64,000 nt of DNA, taken from contig JAVBOA010000026.1 in assembly GCA_031551135.1 (NCBI GenBank), positions 26,683-90,682 on the forward strand, in the 5' to 3' direction. Shown here in pieces: positions 44,183 to 54,378 of this stretch. Position numbers and translations under genes: made by a program. The DNA comes from Eubacteriales bacterium. Lineage in GTDB: Bacteria; Bacillota; Clostridia; Lachnospirales; JAITVM01. Position 1 is the stretch's first letter, and each line of letters opens with the position of its first letter. The notes beneath the pieces were generated by a model. It worked only from the letters and a program-made list of their open reading frames with translations, did not search any database and had not been told where the DNA came from.

Positions 44183-44722
44183 ATGAAAATCTATATTGAT
44201 TTATTTTTAACTTTTTTTAAAATCGGAATTTTTACCGTTGGCGGCGGATACGCAATGATTCCGATTATTCAAAATGAAACGGTAGACCAAAAAAAATGGC
44301 TGAACGAAGAGGAATTTGCCGATTTCGCAACATTGTCACAGTCACTTCCCGGTGTAATTGCGATAAATTTATCGACCTGTGTCGGCAAAAAAATACGAGG
44401 ATTTAAAGGTGCAATAGTTTCGGTGCTTGGAGTAACATTGCCGTCTTTGATGATTATTATGGCTATTGCCGCGATTTATAATGAATTAATAAAAAATACG
44501 ATTTTGCAAAATGCGTTCAAGGGCGTTCGTGCAACGGTTGTTGCATTAATTTTCTACGCCGTTCTGAGACTGGCGAAATCTTCTGTGCAGTCAAAATTTC
44601 AATTATTTATCGCAATTTCTGCATTTATATTAGTTTTCTTTTTGAAAATTTCACCGCCGTATATTATACTTTTTTCTGCTATACTCAGCATTTTACTAAG
44701 ACCGAAAATCAAGGGTATCTAA
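44183..44722 (+). CDS. chrA: chromate transporter family protein (short ChrA, first of a pair)
   Basis: 179 aa with the FTVGGGYAMIP motif of the CHR family. Confidence 0.85.
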   Translation: MKIYIDLFLTFFKIGIFTVGGGYAMIPIIQNETVDQKKWLNEEEFADFATLSQSLPGVIAINLSTCVGKKIRGFKGAIVSVLGVTLPSLMIIMAIAAIYNELIKNTILQNAFKGVRATVVALIFYAVLRLAKSSVQSKFQLFIAISAFILVFFLKISPPYIILFSAILSILLRPKIKGI

Positions 44723-44763
44723 TGCTATTTACATTTTTTCTAGCTTTTAGAGTGAAAATAGTA
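44723..44763. repeat. TIR-hairpin element, short form (41 bp)
   Basis: TGCTATTTACATTTTTTCTAGCTTTTAGAGTGAAAATAGTA lies directly after the chrA TAA, between the two chrA halves. Confidence 0.8.
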
Positions 44764-44783
44764 TAAAAATTTAAGGAGAAATT

Positions 44784-45326
44784 ATGCATATTTTAGCTTT
44801 GCTTTTTATTGTTTTTTTTAAGATCGGCTTATTCAGTTTTGGCGGCGGATATGCGATGATTTCGCTTTTGCGTATAGAATGTTTGAATAATAATTTTATT
44901 ACGGCGAAAGAATTTTCTGATATTGTAGCACTGAGTCAAGTTACACCCGGACCGATAGCGGTTAATTTGGCGACTTTTGTCGGCTTCAAACAAATGGGAG
45001 TACTTGGTTCTTGCGTTGCAACTTTGGCTGTTATTCTGCCTTCAATAATACTAGCGTTGAGTCTTTATTCGATTATAAAAAAATTTAATGATTCGGATAT
45101 TATAAAGAATGCTTTTTACGGTTTAAAGCCTGCGGTTATTGGATTAATTCTCGTAGCGGCAGTAAATATAGGAATGGAAGAATTTTATATACAAGGGGAT
45201 TTTGAATTTATCTCAATTTTTATTGCTATTATTGCATTTATTTTATCTTACAAATTTAAAGTCAATCCGATATATTTGATAATCGCTTCCGCAATTGCCG
45301 GAATTATTGTTTTTTCAATATTATAA
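44784..45326 (+). CDS. chrA: chromate transporter family protein (short ChrA, second of a pair)
   Basis: 180 aa with the FSFGGGYAMIS motif. Confidence 0.85.
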   Translation: MHILALLFIVFFKIGLFSFGGGYAMISLLRIECLNNNFITAKEFSDIVALSQVTPGPIAVNLATFVGFKQMGVLGSCVATLAVILPSIILALSLYSIIKKFNDSDIIKNAFYGLKPAVIGLILVAAVNIGMEEFYIQGDFEFISIFIAIIAFILSYKFKVNPIYLIIASAIAGIIVFSIL

Positions 45327-45351
45327 AAAATTATAGAACTGAGGAAATTTT

Positions 45352-46260
45352 ATGATAGATGTAGCGCTTTTGGGAACAGGCGGAATGATGCCGCTTCCCG
45401 AAAGATTTTTAACTTCGTTTTTATGCAGGCTGAACGGCAAATTTTTGCTGACGGACTGCGGAGAGGGTACCCAGATTACAATGAAAATCTTGGGTTGGGG
45501 ATTCAAAAATCTTGAAATAATTTGCATAACGCATTTTCATGCCGACCATATTGCGGGATTGCCGGGACTTTTATTATCGGTTGGAAATTCGGGAAGAACA
45601 GACGATTTGACGATAATCGGCCCGAAGAATCTAAAAAAAGTGGTCGATTCACTTTGCATAATCGCACCCGAACTGCCGTTTAAAATTAATTTTATTGAGT
45701 TAAACGATGAGTTTGGCGAAATAAAAATAGGGGATTTTTTAATAAACTATGCTTTGATGGAACACCGTGTAAAATGTTTCGGTTACTCTTTCAGAGTTTT
45801 GCGAAGCGGAAAATTTGACCCCGAAAAAGCAATCAGCTTGGGTATACCGAAAACTAAATGGTCGGTTTTGCAAAAATCTCAAGAGATTGTTGTTGATGAT
45901 AAAATATTCAAACCCGAAATGGTGATGGGAGCAGAACGCAAGGGAATTAAAATTTGTTACGCCACAGACACAAGGCCGAATGAAAATCTTTTAAAACTTG
46001 CCGAAGAATCGGACCTTTTTATAACAGAAGGAATTTACGGAGACGACGAAAAATTGGAAAAGGCGATAGAACACACGCATATGCTTTTCAGCGAAGCCGC
46101 TAAAATTGCAAAAGAAGCGAAAGTGAAAGAGCTTTGGCTCACACATTATTCGCCGGCGCTCACAGAGCCGCAGGAATTTCTGCATGTTGCTCAAAATATT
46201 TTTGCGAACACAGTTTTAGGATATGACCGGATTTCGAAAACAATATTTTTTGAGGAATAA
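45352..46260 (+). CDS. rnz: ribonuclease Z
   Basis: Metallo-beta-lactamase motif HFHADH and an LGTGG..P N-terminus. Confidence 0.9.
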   Translation: MIDVALLGTGGMMPLPERFLTSFLCRLNGKFLLTDCGEGTQITMKILGWGFKNLEIICITHFHADHIAGLPGLLLSVGNSGRTDDLTIIGPKNLKKVVDSLCIIAPELPFKINFIELNDEFGEIKIGDFLINYALMEHRVKCFGYSFRVLRSGKFDPEKAISLGIPKTKWSVLQKSQEIVVDDKIFKPEMVMGAERKGIKICYATDTRPNENLLKLAEESDLFITEGIYGDDEKLEKAIEHTHMLFSEAAKIAKEAKVKELWLTHYSPALTEPQEFLHVAQNIFANTVLGYDRISKTIFFEE

Positions 46261-46375
46261 ACAGAAGATTTAGAAAATTCGCAAACTAAAATTTATAGTC
46301 TGCGTATATTTAGTATAAAAATTATAATTTAATCATTATTAATGCATAACTTTATGAAAAAAAGTGGGTGATAAA

Positions 46376-46909
46376 ATGGAGTTTACGGATTATGAATTGA
46401 TACAAAAAGTATTGAATGGTGAATTGGATTGTTTCAACGAGCTTGTCAATAGATATAAAAATTTAGTCTACTCCATAATCCTTAGAATGATAAATAATTC
46501 GGATGAAGCTGATGATTTGGCTCAAGAAGTTTTTATTAAAATTTATAAAAATCTAGATAAATATTATCCCGAATATAAGTTCAGCACTTGGATTATCAGA
46601 ATAACCACGAATCATGTTATCGATTACAGGCGTAAAAAGTTTAAAGAAACCGTACCGCTCGAGGATGTAGAATATGAACTTTCCACTTCGGATTCTCCGG
46701 AGAGCGAGTATATAAGAAAAGAAGAAAAACAAAAGCTGAAGAATGTTGTAAACAAGCTCCCTGATATGTATAAAATTCCGATAGTGCTTTATCATGAGCA
46801 GGGCCTGAGCTATCAGGAAATTGCCGATATTATTGATGAACCGCTTTCTAAAGTAAAGAACAGGATTTTTAGGGGACGAAAAATGTTAAAAGAAATTTTA
46901 ATGGGATGA
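46376..46909 (+). CDS. ECF-type RNA polymerase sigma factor
   Basis: Sigma-70 region 2 (DLAQEVFIKIY, WIIRITTNHVIDYRR) and region 4 (LSYQEIADII). Confidence 0.9.
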   Translation: MEFTDYELIQKVLNGELDCFNELVNRYKNLVYSIILRMINNSDEADDLAQEVFIKIYKNLDKYYPEYKFSTWIIRITTNHVIDYRRKKFKETVPLEDVEYELSTSDSPESEYIRKEEKQKLKNVVNKLPDMYKIPIVLYHEQGLSYQEIADIIDEPLSKVKNRIFRGRKMLKEILMG

Positions 46910-46910
46910 G

Positions 46911-47483
46911 GTGATGAAAATGGATTGTTTTAATTCTGAAGATTATTTTATGAAGTTTATGGACAATACTCTCGACGAGGATTCCGCACAAATTTTGAAT
47001 GACCATATTAAAACTTGCGGCAAATGCAGAGAAGAATTTCTTACTTATAATATGATGATGGAAGAATTTGAAAAAGAAGAGCTTCTTCTTGCGCCAGAGG
47101 GTTTTGAATTTAATGTAATGGAAAAACTCAGTGCAATGCCGGAAATTCATTATAAGCCGGAAAACAGAATGGAAAACGCTTTTTGCTTTGTTTTGGGCTT
47201 GGTTTCGGCATTAATGGGAATCGGTTTTATGATTGGATTTTATAAAGATCAAATTATTCAATTTTTTAGTTCTTATGAAATTTTGTCCGTATTCGTAGAT
47301 ATTTTTACTCCGATTTCAGAATTTGCGCATGATTTATTAAACAATGTTTCATCAAGCTTTACGCTATTATTAGCGGGAACTGTAGATTTGGTTTCTCAAA
47401 ACAGATTTTTTATTATTGGTATAATTCTGGTTTTTGCCGTATTAAAAGTTCTGTATTCAAGATTTGCAAATCAAAGGGAATAG
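46911..47483 (+). CDS. anti-sigma factor (zf-HC2) with TM segments
   Basis: H-x3-C-x2-C (HIKTCGKC) followed by membrane helices; adjacent to the ECF sigma gene. Confidence 0.75.
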   Translation: MMKMDCFNSEDYFMKFMDNTLDEDSAQILNDHIKTCGKCREEFLTYNMMMEEFEKEELLLAPEGFEFNVMEKLSAMPEIHYKPENRMENAFCFVLGLVSALMGIGFMIGFYKDQIIQFFSSYEILSVFVDIFTPISEFAHDLLNNVSSSFTLLLAGTVDLVSQNRFFIIGIILVFAVLKVLYSRFANQRE

Positions 47484-47724
47484 GATTTTTATCAATGCAG
47501 ATTAAAATATGCAGCGCCGTATATTTTAATCTGTATTTTTATGCAGAAATTTATTTTTGTGCGATTTGCAAAATTAGGGGGATTCAAATTTATGAAATCA
47601 CAAAAAAACCAAAAAAAATGCAAGAAAATTCTATAATACTTCCTAAAAAGATTTATTTTTGGTATAATTGTATTGCAACATTTATGCTGAATTTCAGCGT
47701 TACAAATTTTGGAAGGGATTATTG

Positions 47725-48720
47725 ATGATAAAAAAGGGGCTTCTATTAATAATAATTTTATTATCTTTTAGTACAAAAGTATTCGGAAGCTTCGATGAAA
47801 CCGATAAAAACGGGCCAAAACTCTATTTTTTTCAAAACTATGTTTTGAAAGAGCATCGCTCGGGCGTTAATATTTTTTTGTTTTCAAACGCTACTCTGGA
47901 AGCAAGAGGGCAGGATGATATATTTCTTTTTTTCAGCAATATTGAAATAGGAAGTGAAATAAGGGGAAATGTATATAGCTTTTTTTCGAATATAATTTTA
48001 AATTCCGACGGTAAAGTAAATTCGATATCTTCATTATCATCTACCATAACATATTTAAAAGATTCTCCGGAATTTCAAATAAAGCCTGTAGTAAAAGTCA
48101 TGGATTTTTTGATAAATATAAATGAGCAAAACGGATATGTTATATATAAAGATAAAATTCCAAGCTTTATTTTAATTCTCTTAATGATTTTTGTGAAAAC
48201 GTTTGTTTGTATGATTTTTTTCGCATTGAGGAAAGGCTTTTTCTTACAAGGTTCGATGACGGTTATTCATGATAAAAGTTATATTTTTAAAAACGGCATT
48301 TTGTCATATATAATCTTTATAGCAATGATTATAGTGTTTTTATTAAGTGTATTGGGTGTGCCGATATCACTGATGGTTTTTGCTGTATTTTATATTTGTA
48401 TAATCTGCGGACAGGTTTCGTTTTCCTTGTTTATCGGCAACGAAGTTTTATCCAATACCAATAAACGCTTTACGATTAATACAAAATTGATTTTGGGCGT
48501 AATTTTGCTGGAAACTTTGAGCTTCTTTCCATTTATTTATTATTTTATAAAATTCTTTGTTTATCCAATTCTGTTTACCGGAATATTTATGACATCTGTG
48601 ATAAATGTTTACATAAAAAAAATATTTTATAATATCCCGTATGTTTCGGAAAACGCTATAAAGCATTTTGACAGTAATAAAATAAAAGAAATAATTATGA
48701 AAGAAATTGACAAAGTATAG
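47725..48720 (+). CDS. membrane protein with N-terminal bactofilin-like (polymer-forming) repeat region
   Basis: Signal/TM helix, repeated FxFSN...G motifs (FLFSNATLEARG, FLFFSNIEIGSEIRGNVYSFFSNIILNSDG), then 5-6 TM helices. Confidence 0.55.
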   Translation: MIKKGLLLIIILLSFSTKVFGSFDETDKNGPKLYFFQNYVLKEHRSGVNIFLFSNATLEARGQDDIFLFFSNIEIGSEIRGNVYSFFSNIILNSDGKVNSISSLSSTITYLKDSPEFQIKPVVKVMDFLININEQNGYVIYKDKIPSFILILLMIFVKTFVCMIFFALRKGFFLQGSMTVIHDKSYIFKNGILSYIIFIAMIIVFLLSVLGVPISLMVFAVFYICIICGQVSFSLFIGNEVLSNTNKRFTINTKLILGVILLETLSFFPFIYYFIKFFVYPILFTGIFMTSVINVYIKKIFYNIPYVSENAIKHFDSNKIKEIIMKEIDKV

Positions 48721-48730
48721 GGGTGCTTTT

Positions 48731-49261
48731 GTGAAAAATAAAATATTGATTATTTTAATAGTGACATTATTTTTAATCGGGTCATTAGGGCTTTATTATT
48801 TTTATTATAGAAATGAGCAAGAGCCGCAATTTAAAGAAGTTGCTTTTGTAGATTATACCGTCGAATATCCGGCAACGCCCGAGGCGCTGATGGAAGAAAA
48901 TAATTATTTGATGGAATTATTATACAGCGGACAGCTTTCGGATGACGATTTCGCATTGGCTTTGGAAAAACAGCGCGTTCTTTTCTCGAATCAGCTTTTG
49001 CGGGCTAATACTTTGGAAAAATATGTTTCATATATGAGAGAAGATGTCGATAAATTTAAAAATGCTAAAATAAAATTACATGATATTAAAACAAATGCTA
49101 TTGTAAAAGATAAGTTTAGTGATAAAATATATATTGCCGAAGTTCAGCAGATATTTGACGAAAACTACATTAATAATGTAAAATATTATATTGCTGAGGA
49201 AAATGGAGTTTATTCTATTTTGGCTTGGGAATATACAGGAACTAACGGTTCCGGAAGTTGA
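48731..49261 (+). CDS. membrane-anchored hypothetical protein (paralog of 38990-39556)
   Basis: GTG 48731 follows AGGGGTG. One TM helix; shared motifs with the 38990 protein. Confidence 0.6.
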   Translation: MKNKILIILIVTLFLIGSLGLYYFYYRNEQEPQFKEVAFVDYTVEYPATPEALMEENNYLMELLYSGQLSDDDFALALEKQRVLFSNQLLRANTLEKYVSYMREDVDKFKNAKIKLHDIKTNAIVKDKFSDKIYIAEVQQIFDENYINNVKYYIAEENGVYSILAWEYTGTNGSGS

Positions 49262-49279
49262 AATTTTTAGGAGGAGAAA

Positions 49280-50296
49280 ATGCAATCTGATAAAATTATA
49301 TTGGGTATCGAATCGTCTTGTGACGAAACGGCGGCTTCGCTTGTTCTTAACGGCAGAAAAATTCTATCAAATGTAATTTCTTCTCAAATAGAAATACATA
49401 AAAAATTTGGCGGTGTTGTACCGGAAATCGCATCACGAAAACATATAGAGAGAATTTCAGAAGTTGTTGATATTGCAATGAAAGACGCAGGGGCGGATTT
49501 TTCGGATATAGATTCGATTGCCGTGACTTATGGTCCCGGATTGGTCGGGGCGCTGCTTGTTGGGCTCTCGTATGCAAAAGGCTTGGCTTTCAGCCTTTCA
49601 AAACCATTAATCGGTGTGCATCATATCGAAGGACATATTTGTGCCAATTATTTGGAAGATGAAAATTTTGAACCGCCTTTTGTTTGTTTAGTGGTTTCAG
49701 GCGGACATACGCATTTAATTTTAGTAAAATCTTATAATGAATTTGAAATAATCGGAAAAACACGCGACGACGCCGCAGGTGAGGCTTATGACAAAGTTGC
49801 AAGAGCCTTAGGACTGTCGTATCCGGGCGGGCCGAGTATTGATAAACTTGCAAAAGAATCGAAAAACCCAATAGATTTTCCGCGTGCGTATTTAGATAAT
49901 TATGATTTTAGTTTCAGCGGTTTAAAATCTTCGGTTTTGAATTATTTAAACAAAGCGAGAATGTTAGGCAACGAAATAAATTCGGCAGATGTAGCCGCAG
50001 GTTTTCAAAATTCGGTTGTCGAAGTTCTTGTTAATAAAACTATAAATTTATGCAAAGAAAAAAATTTTTCAAAAATAGCAATAGCGGGCGGAGTTGCGGC
50101 AAATTCAACATTGCGGCAAGTGATGACCGAAGCTTGCAATCAAAATAATTTTGAGATAAAAATTCCAAGTCCGGTTTTTTGTACGGATAACGCAGCAATG
50201 ATTGCTTCTTGTGCTTTTTTTGAATATAATGAAAGAAAACTTTCACTGAACGCTTATCCCAGTCTTGTATTGGGACAAAAAATACAAAAGAATTAA
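49280..50296 (+). CDS. tsaD: tRNA N6-adenosine threonylcarbamoyltransferase
   Basis: [11 protein letters not shown]-terminus and HHIEGH motif. Confidence 0.95.
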   Translation: MQSDKIILGIESSCDETAASLVLNGRKILSNVISSQIEIHKKFGGVVPEIASRKHIERISEVVDIAMKDAGADFSDIDSIAVTYGPGLVGALLVGLSYAKGLAFSLSKPLIGVHHIEGHICANYLEDENFEPPFVCLVVSGGHTHLILVKSYNEFEIIGKTRDDAAGEAYDKVARALGLSYPGGPSIDKLAKESKNPIDFPRAYLDNYDFSFSGLKSSVLNYLNKARMLGNEINSADVAAGFQNSVVEVLVNKTINLCKEKNFSKIAIAGGVAANSTLRQVMTEACNQNNFEIKIPSPVFCTDNAAMIASCAFFEYNERKLSLNAYPSLVLGQKIQKN

Positions 50297-51463
50297 TTGA
50301 AAAGAGGGGTAAATTTGGACAGTATAAATCAAAGATTTGATTTTTTAGAACTCGTTCCGGTTCCGATTTCGATTTTGGATTTCGAAACAAAAACTTTTGT
50401 GAAAACTAACCGCTTGTTTAACAATATTTTGAAAATAGAAGAAAATCAGAATTTCAAGGCCAGCGAAATTATAAAGTCTTCGGATATTGCGCTTGATGAT
50501 ATTTTGGAAATCGGCGCTAAAGAAATTTTTATTTTTTTTAAAACTTCTGATTCGGCAATAATTCCGTTAGTTACAACAATTTCGAAATACAATATCGATA
50601 ATAAGGTGTATTTGCTTTTTTTTCATAAAGAAATTATTAAATCACTTGATAAAAACCTTGTTATAGAGGACTTTCCTTATTCGATGGATATAAAAAACAT
50701 TCTCGAAAATATTCCGATGTTCGCTTGCATTTTGAGCCTTAACAAAAAGGAAATTATTTTTGCGAATGCGTCTTGCCGCAGAATTTTTGGGAATAATTAT
50801 TACAAAAGACCTGCTTCGGATTTTTTTATTGAAATAGGAGAACTCGACGAATTGGATAACAATACTTTGTCTAATAAAGAATTTAATTCGGTTATCGGCT
50901 CAAAATGGTTTAGCTTATCTGCTTCTTACATTACTTTCGAAGACCGCAAATCCGTACTCATTTTGGGTAAAGATATAAGTATCCAAAAGAAAAACGAGGA
51001 CACGATTATTTTCAAAGCAACGATTGACGATTTAACAAAAACTTACAATAAACAAGCCGGAATAGATTTTTTAAACGATTACCTTTTGGGTCATAATATA
51101 AATAAAAATATTTTTACGGCCGTTTATATAGAATTTAAAGGTATCAAGGATATTATGGATACACATGGTCTTTCTGAAGGAGATAATTATATTTTAAATA
51201 TGGTGAGTATTATTCGGTCGGCGATTCGCCAAACTGATATATTTTCCAGATTATATCATGCGGAGTTTTTGATTTTATTTCCGAATTGCGTAAAAGAAGT
51301 TGTGCAAAATATAATGAAATCCATCGAAAATAAGCTTTCTTTCATAAATACGCAAGAACTCAACTATGATTATGAGATAAAATACAATATTTTGGAAATC
51401 ACGCCGAATATGGAATTGAATTCGGATGATGTCTTTAAAATATTGAGCCAAGAGATTAGATAA
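50297..51463 (+). CDS. degenerate GGDEF-domain protein with PAS-like N-terminal regions (start uncertain)
   Basis: C-terminal GGDEF fold (DDLTKTYNK, HGLSEGDNYIL), but the signature is YHAEF instead of GGDEF. Confidence 0.7.
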   Translation: MKRGVNLDSINQRFDFLELVPVPISILDFETKTFVKTNRLFNNILKIEENQNFKASEIIKSSDIALDDILEIGAKEIFIFFKTSDSAIIPLVTTISKYNIDNKVYLLFFHKEIIKSLDKNLVIEDFPYSMDIKNILENIPMFACILSLNKKEIIFANASCRRIFGNNYYKRPASDFFIEIGELDELDNNTLSNKEFNSVIGSKWFSLSASYITFEDRKSVLILGKDISIQKKNEDTIIFKATIDDLTKTYNKQAGIDFLNDYLLGHNINKNIFTAVYIEFKGIKDIMDTHGLSEGDNYILNMVSIIRSAIRQTDIFSRLYHAEFLILFPNCVKEVVQNIMKSIENKLSFINTQELNYDYEIKYNILEITPNMELNSDDVFKILSQEIR

Positions 51464-51496
51464 TACTTATTTCTATTCTTTATAGTGGAAATAGTA
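51464..51496. repeat. TIR-hairpin element, minimal form (33 bp)
   Basis: TACTTATTTCTATTCTTTATAGTGGAAATAGTA lies directly after the TAA stop. Confidence 0.75.
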
Positions 51497-51628
51497 TAAA
51501 TTATATTTTCAAACTTGAATATTTTAAATATTTATGTTAAACTTTATTTGCTAAAAATCCATTGCAAAGATATTGGAATCTCCGCCCTTTTTCTTTGCTT
51601 ATGGGGATATTTTATTATGGAGGATTTT

Positions 51629-51886
51629 ATGTTAAACAAAAAAGAAGTTATTGCAAAATTTGCACGTAAGGAAAATGACACAGGTTCGCCTGAGGTTCAA
51701 GTTGCTCTTCTGACTGAAAGAATCAATCATTTGAATGATCATCTTCGCCAGCATCCAAAAGATTTCCACTCAAGAAGAGGCCTTCTTATGATGGTTGGTC
51801 AAAGAAAAGGTTTGCTTAACTATATTAAACAAAAAGATATTGTAAAATATCGTGATTTAATTGGTCAACTTGGTATTAGAAAATAA
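51629..51886 (+). CDS. rpsO: 30S ribosomal protein S15
   Basis: 85 aa from ATG 51629 (RBS GGAGGA), with [21 protein letters not shown]. The longer track ORF is an upstream artefact. Confidence 0.95.
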   Translation: MLNKKEVIAKFARKENDTGSPEVQVALLTERINHLNDHLRQHPKDFHSRRGLLMMVGQRKGLLNYIKQKDIVKYRDLIGQLGIRK

Positions 51887-51890
51887 TTTT

Positions 51891-51917
51891 CAGAGCGGAT
51901 TTTTTCCGCTCTGTTTA
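51891..51917 (+). terminator. rpsO terminator / pnp leader hairpin
   Basis: CAGAGCGG TTTTTTT CCGCTCTG followed by TTTAATT. Confidence 0.75.
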
Positions 51918-51990
51918 ATTAATCCGAGAAAAATTTTATAGTTTTGACTTGCGAACAGGACAAAATTTCGTTTTACGAAAGGAGTTATAT

Positions 51991-54099
51991 ATGTACAAAT
52001 CGTTTACTATGGAGCTTGCTTCCAGAAAGTTGACCATAGAAATAGGAAGAGTCGCGGAATTAGCCAATGGCGCTTGTATTGTATATTATGGCGAAACAGC
52101 CGTTTTATGTACAGCGACAGCCTCGGAAAAACCGAGAGCAGGAATCGACTTTTTTCCGCTTAGTATTGATTATGAAGAAAGGCTTTATTCGGTGGGCAAA
52201 ATCCCGGGCGGCTTTATAAAGCGCGAAGGCAGACCAACCGAAAAAGCTGTTTTAACATCACGTTTAATTGACCGACCTATGCGCCCGCTTTTTCCAAGCG
52301 ATTACCGCAATGATGTTTCGGTTATTTCTACGGTTTTATCTGTAGATCAAGATGCAAGCCAAGAGATTGCTGCAATGATTGGTTCATCGATTGCGCTATC
52401 GATTTCGGATATTCCGTTTTTAAAAACAACAGCGGCTGTGAATGTTGGAATGGTTGACGGAAAATTTATCATTAATCCGACAGCAGCAGAGCGTGAAAAA
52501 TCGGATTTAAATTTGACAGTAGCTTCGACAAAAGATAAGGTTATGATGATTGAAGCCGGCGCAAATGAAATTAGTGACGAAAAAATGTATGAAGCGATTA
52601 TGCTTGCTCACGAAGAAAACAAAAAAATTGTTGAATTTATAGAAGGCATTGTTGGGGAAGTCGGTAAAGAAAAACACAAATATGAAACGGTTGCTGTTCC
52701 CGAAGATTTTTACAAAGAAATCACGGAATTTATTACTGATGCACGTATGGAAGAGGCTGTTTTTACGGATATGAAACAAATTCGTGATGAGCGGATAAGT
52801 GCGCTGACAGATGATGTTTTTGCGAAATTCCTGCCTGAAGATTATGCCGGAGACGACAGGGCAGCACGCGAAAAATATATAAATGATTCGATTTATAATT
52901 TTGAAAAGAAAACCGTTCGAAGAATGATTTTAAAAGAAAAGAAACGTCCGGACGGCCGTAAACTTGACCAAATCAGAAATTTGGGCGCAGAAGTTGATAT
53001 TCTGCCTCGAACTCATGGCTCGGCACTTTTTCACCGCGGGCAAACTCAGGTTCTTACTATCACAACACTTGGCTCGATAGCCGAAGCGCAGCGTTTGGAC
53101 GGTTTGGACGAATTGGAAGAAACAAAACGTTATATGCATCATTATAATTTCCCTAGCTACTCGGTAGGTGAGACAAGACCAAGCAGAGGACCGGGCAGAC
53201 GTGAAATCGGTCACGGCGCTTTGGCTGAAAGAGCTTTGCTTCCTGTTATTCCGAGTGAAGAAGAGTTCCCTTACGCTATTAGGCTTGTTTCCGAAGTTTT
53301 GAGCTCAAACGGCTCTACCTCCCAAGGCAGTGTTTGCGCAAGTACGCTTTCGCTGATGGCGGCTGGCGTTCCGATAAAAACTCCTGTAGCGGGTATTTCT
53401 GTTGGACTTGTAACAGGCGATTCGGATGACGATTTTGTATTGCTGACTGATATCCAAGGACTTGAAGACTTTTTCGGCGATATGGATTTTAAAGTCGCAG
53501 GAACAAATAAAGGCATTACAGCTATTCAAATGGATATAAAAATTCACGGCCTTACTCCTGAAATAATTAAAGGCGCTCTTGCGGATACGAAAAAGTCGAG
53601 AGCTTATATTTTGGAAGAAGTAATGCTCAAAGCGATTGATAAACCGCGTGATAATATTTCCCCTTACGCTCCTAAGATTATGTTTATCGAGATTGACCCG
53701 GATAAAATGTCCGAAGTTATCGGAGCCAGAGGCAAAACAATTAAGCGCATAATGGAAGAATCCGGAGTTGACAAAATCGATACTGGCGATGACGGCAAGA
53801 TTTTTGTTTGTGATTCTGATATGAGCAAAGTAAAACGCGCTGTCGAGATAATCGAAGCGATTGTAAAACCACCGGAAATCGGAAAAATATATACCGGAAA
53901 AGTTTCGCGTATATTAAATTTCGGAGCTTTCGTTGAAATCGCACCGGAAAAAGAAGGTCTTTGCCATATTTCACAATTGGCGAAAGAAAGAGTCGGAAAA
54001 GTAGAAGATGTTGTTAAAGTAGGAGATATTGTTTCTGTCAAGGTTATTGAAATCGACGACCAAGGACGAATTAATCTTTCCAGAAAAGCAGCATTGTAA
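51991..54099 (+). CDS. pnp: polyribonucleotide nucleotidyltransferase (PNPase)
   Basis: Two RNase PH domains plus KH and S1 domains. ATG 51991 follows AAGGAG. Confidence 0.95.
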   Translation: MYKSFTMELASRKLTIEIGRVAELANGACIVYYGETAVLCTATASEKPRAGIDFFPLSIDYEERLYSVGKIPGGFIKREGRPTEKAVLTSRLIDRPMRPLFPSDYRNDVSVISTVLSVDQDASQEIAAMIGSSIALSISDIPFLKTTAAVNVGMVDGKFIINPTAAEREKSDLNLTVASTKDKVMMIEAGANEISDEKMYEAIMLAHEENKKIVEFIEGIVGEVGKEKHKYETVAVPEDFYKEITEFITDARMEEAVFTDMKQIRDERISALTDDVFAKFLPEDYAGDDRAAREKYINDSIYNFEKKTVRRMILKEKKRPDGRKLDQIRNLGAEVDILPRTHGSALFHRGQTQVLTITTLGSIAEAQRLDGLDELEETKRYMHHYNFPSYSVGETRPSRGPGRREIGHGALAERALLPVIPSEEEFPYAIRLVSEVLSSNGSTSQGSVCASTLSLMAAGVPIKTPVAGISVGLVTGDSDDDFVLLTDIQGLEDFFGDMDFKVAGTNKGITAIQMDIKIHGLTPEIIKGALADTKKSRAYILEEVMLKAIDKPRDNISPYAPKIMFIEIDPDKMSEVIGARGKTIKRIMEESGVDKIDTGDDGKIFVCDSDMSKVKRAVEIIEAIVKPPEIGKIYTGKVSRILNFGAFVEIAPEKEGLCHISQLAKERVGKVEDVVKVGDIVSVKVIEIDDQGRINLSRKAAL

Positions 54100-54169
54100 A
54101 ATATTAATTCAGAGCTATATCTTGCAGCTTTAAGGATATGCTCTTTTTTATTTTATTAAAATATAATAA

Positions 54170-54280
54170 TACTATTTTCATTATAAAGGATAGAAAAAAA
54201 TATTTCATTTCGCGCTTGAAGCCTGCGCGAAACGCTTCGCTGTGAAAGATTTTTTTCTACTTATCAAAATGAAAATAGTA
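54170..54280 (-). repeat. TIR-hairpin element, full length (111 bp), orientation B
   Basis: Reverse complement of the 6048 copy apart from the loop and a few bases. Hairpin TTTCGCGC ... GCGCGAAA. Confidence 0.95.
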
Positions 54281-54378
54281 TAAATAAAAATTAAATCAAT
54301 AGATATTAATTTTTTTGACGAGATTTAGGGTATAATATAACGAAGTATATATGAAAATATTTTGAATGGGGTGAGTTA

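Noticed and set aside
44183-45326. Whether the two short chrA genes are a single gene split by the repeat insertion (a pseudogene).
   Set aside because: Each half has its own start, RBS and the N-terminal GGGYAMI motif. Paired short-chain CHR genes are a known arrangement, and the repeat sits in the natural intergenic gap.
47495-47725. 76-aa ORF between the anti-sigma gene and the bactofilin-like membrane protein.
   Set aside because: It has AT-rich, Phe/Ile/Tyr-biased translation, no RBS and no recognisable family. It is probably non-coding spacer or a promoter region.
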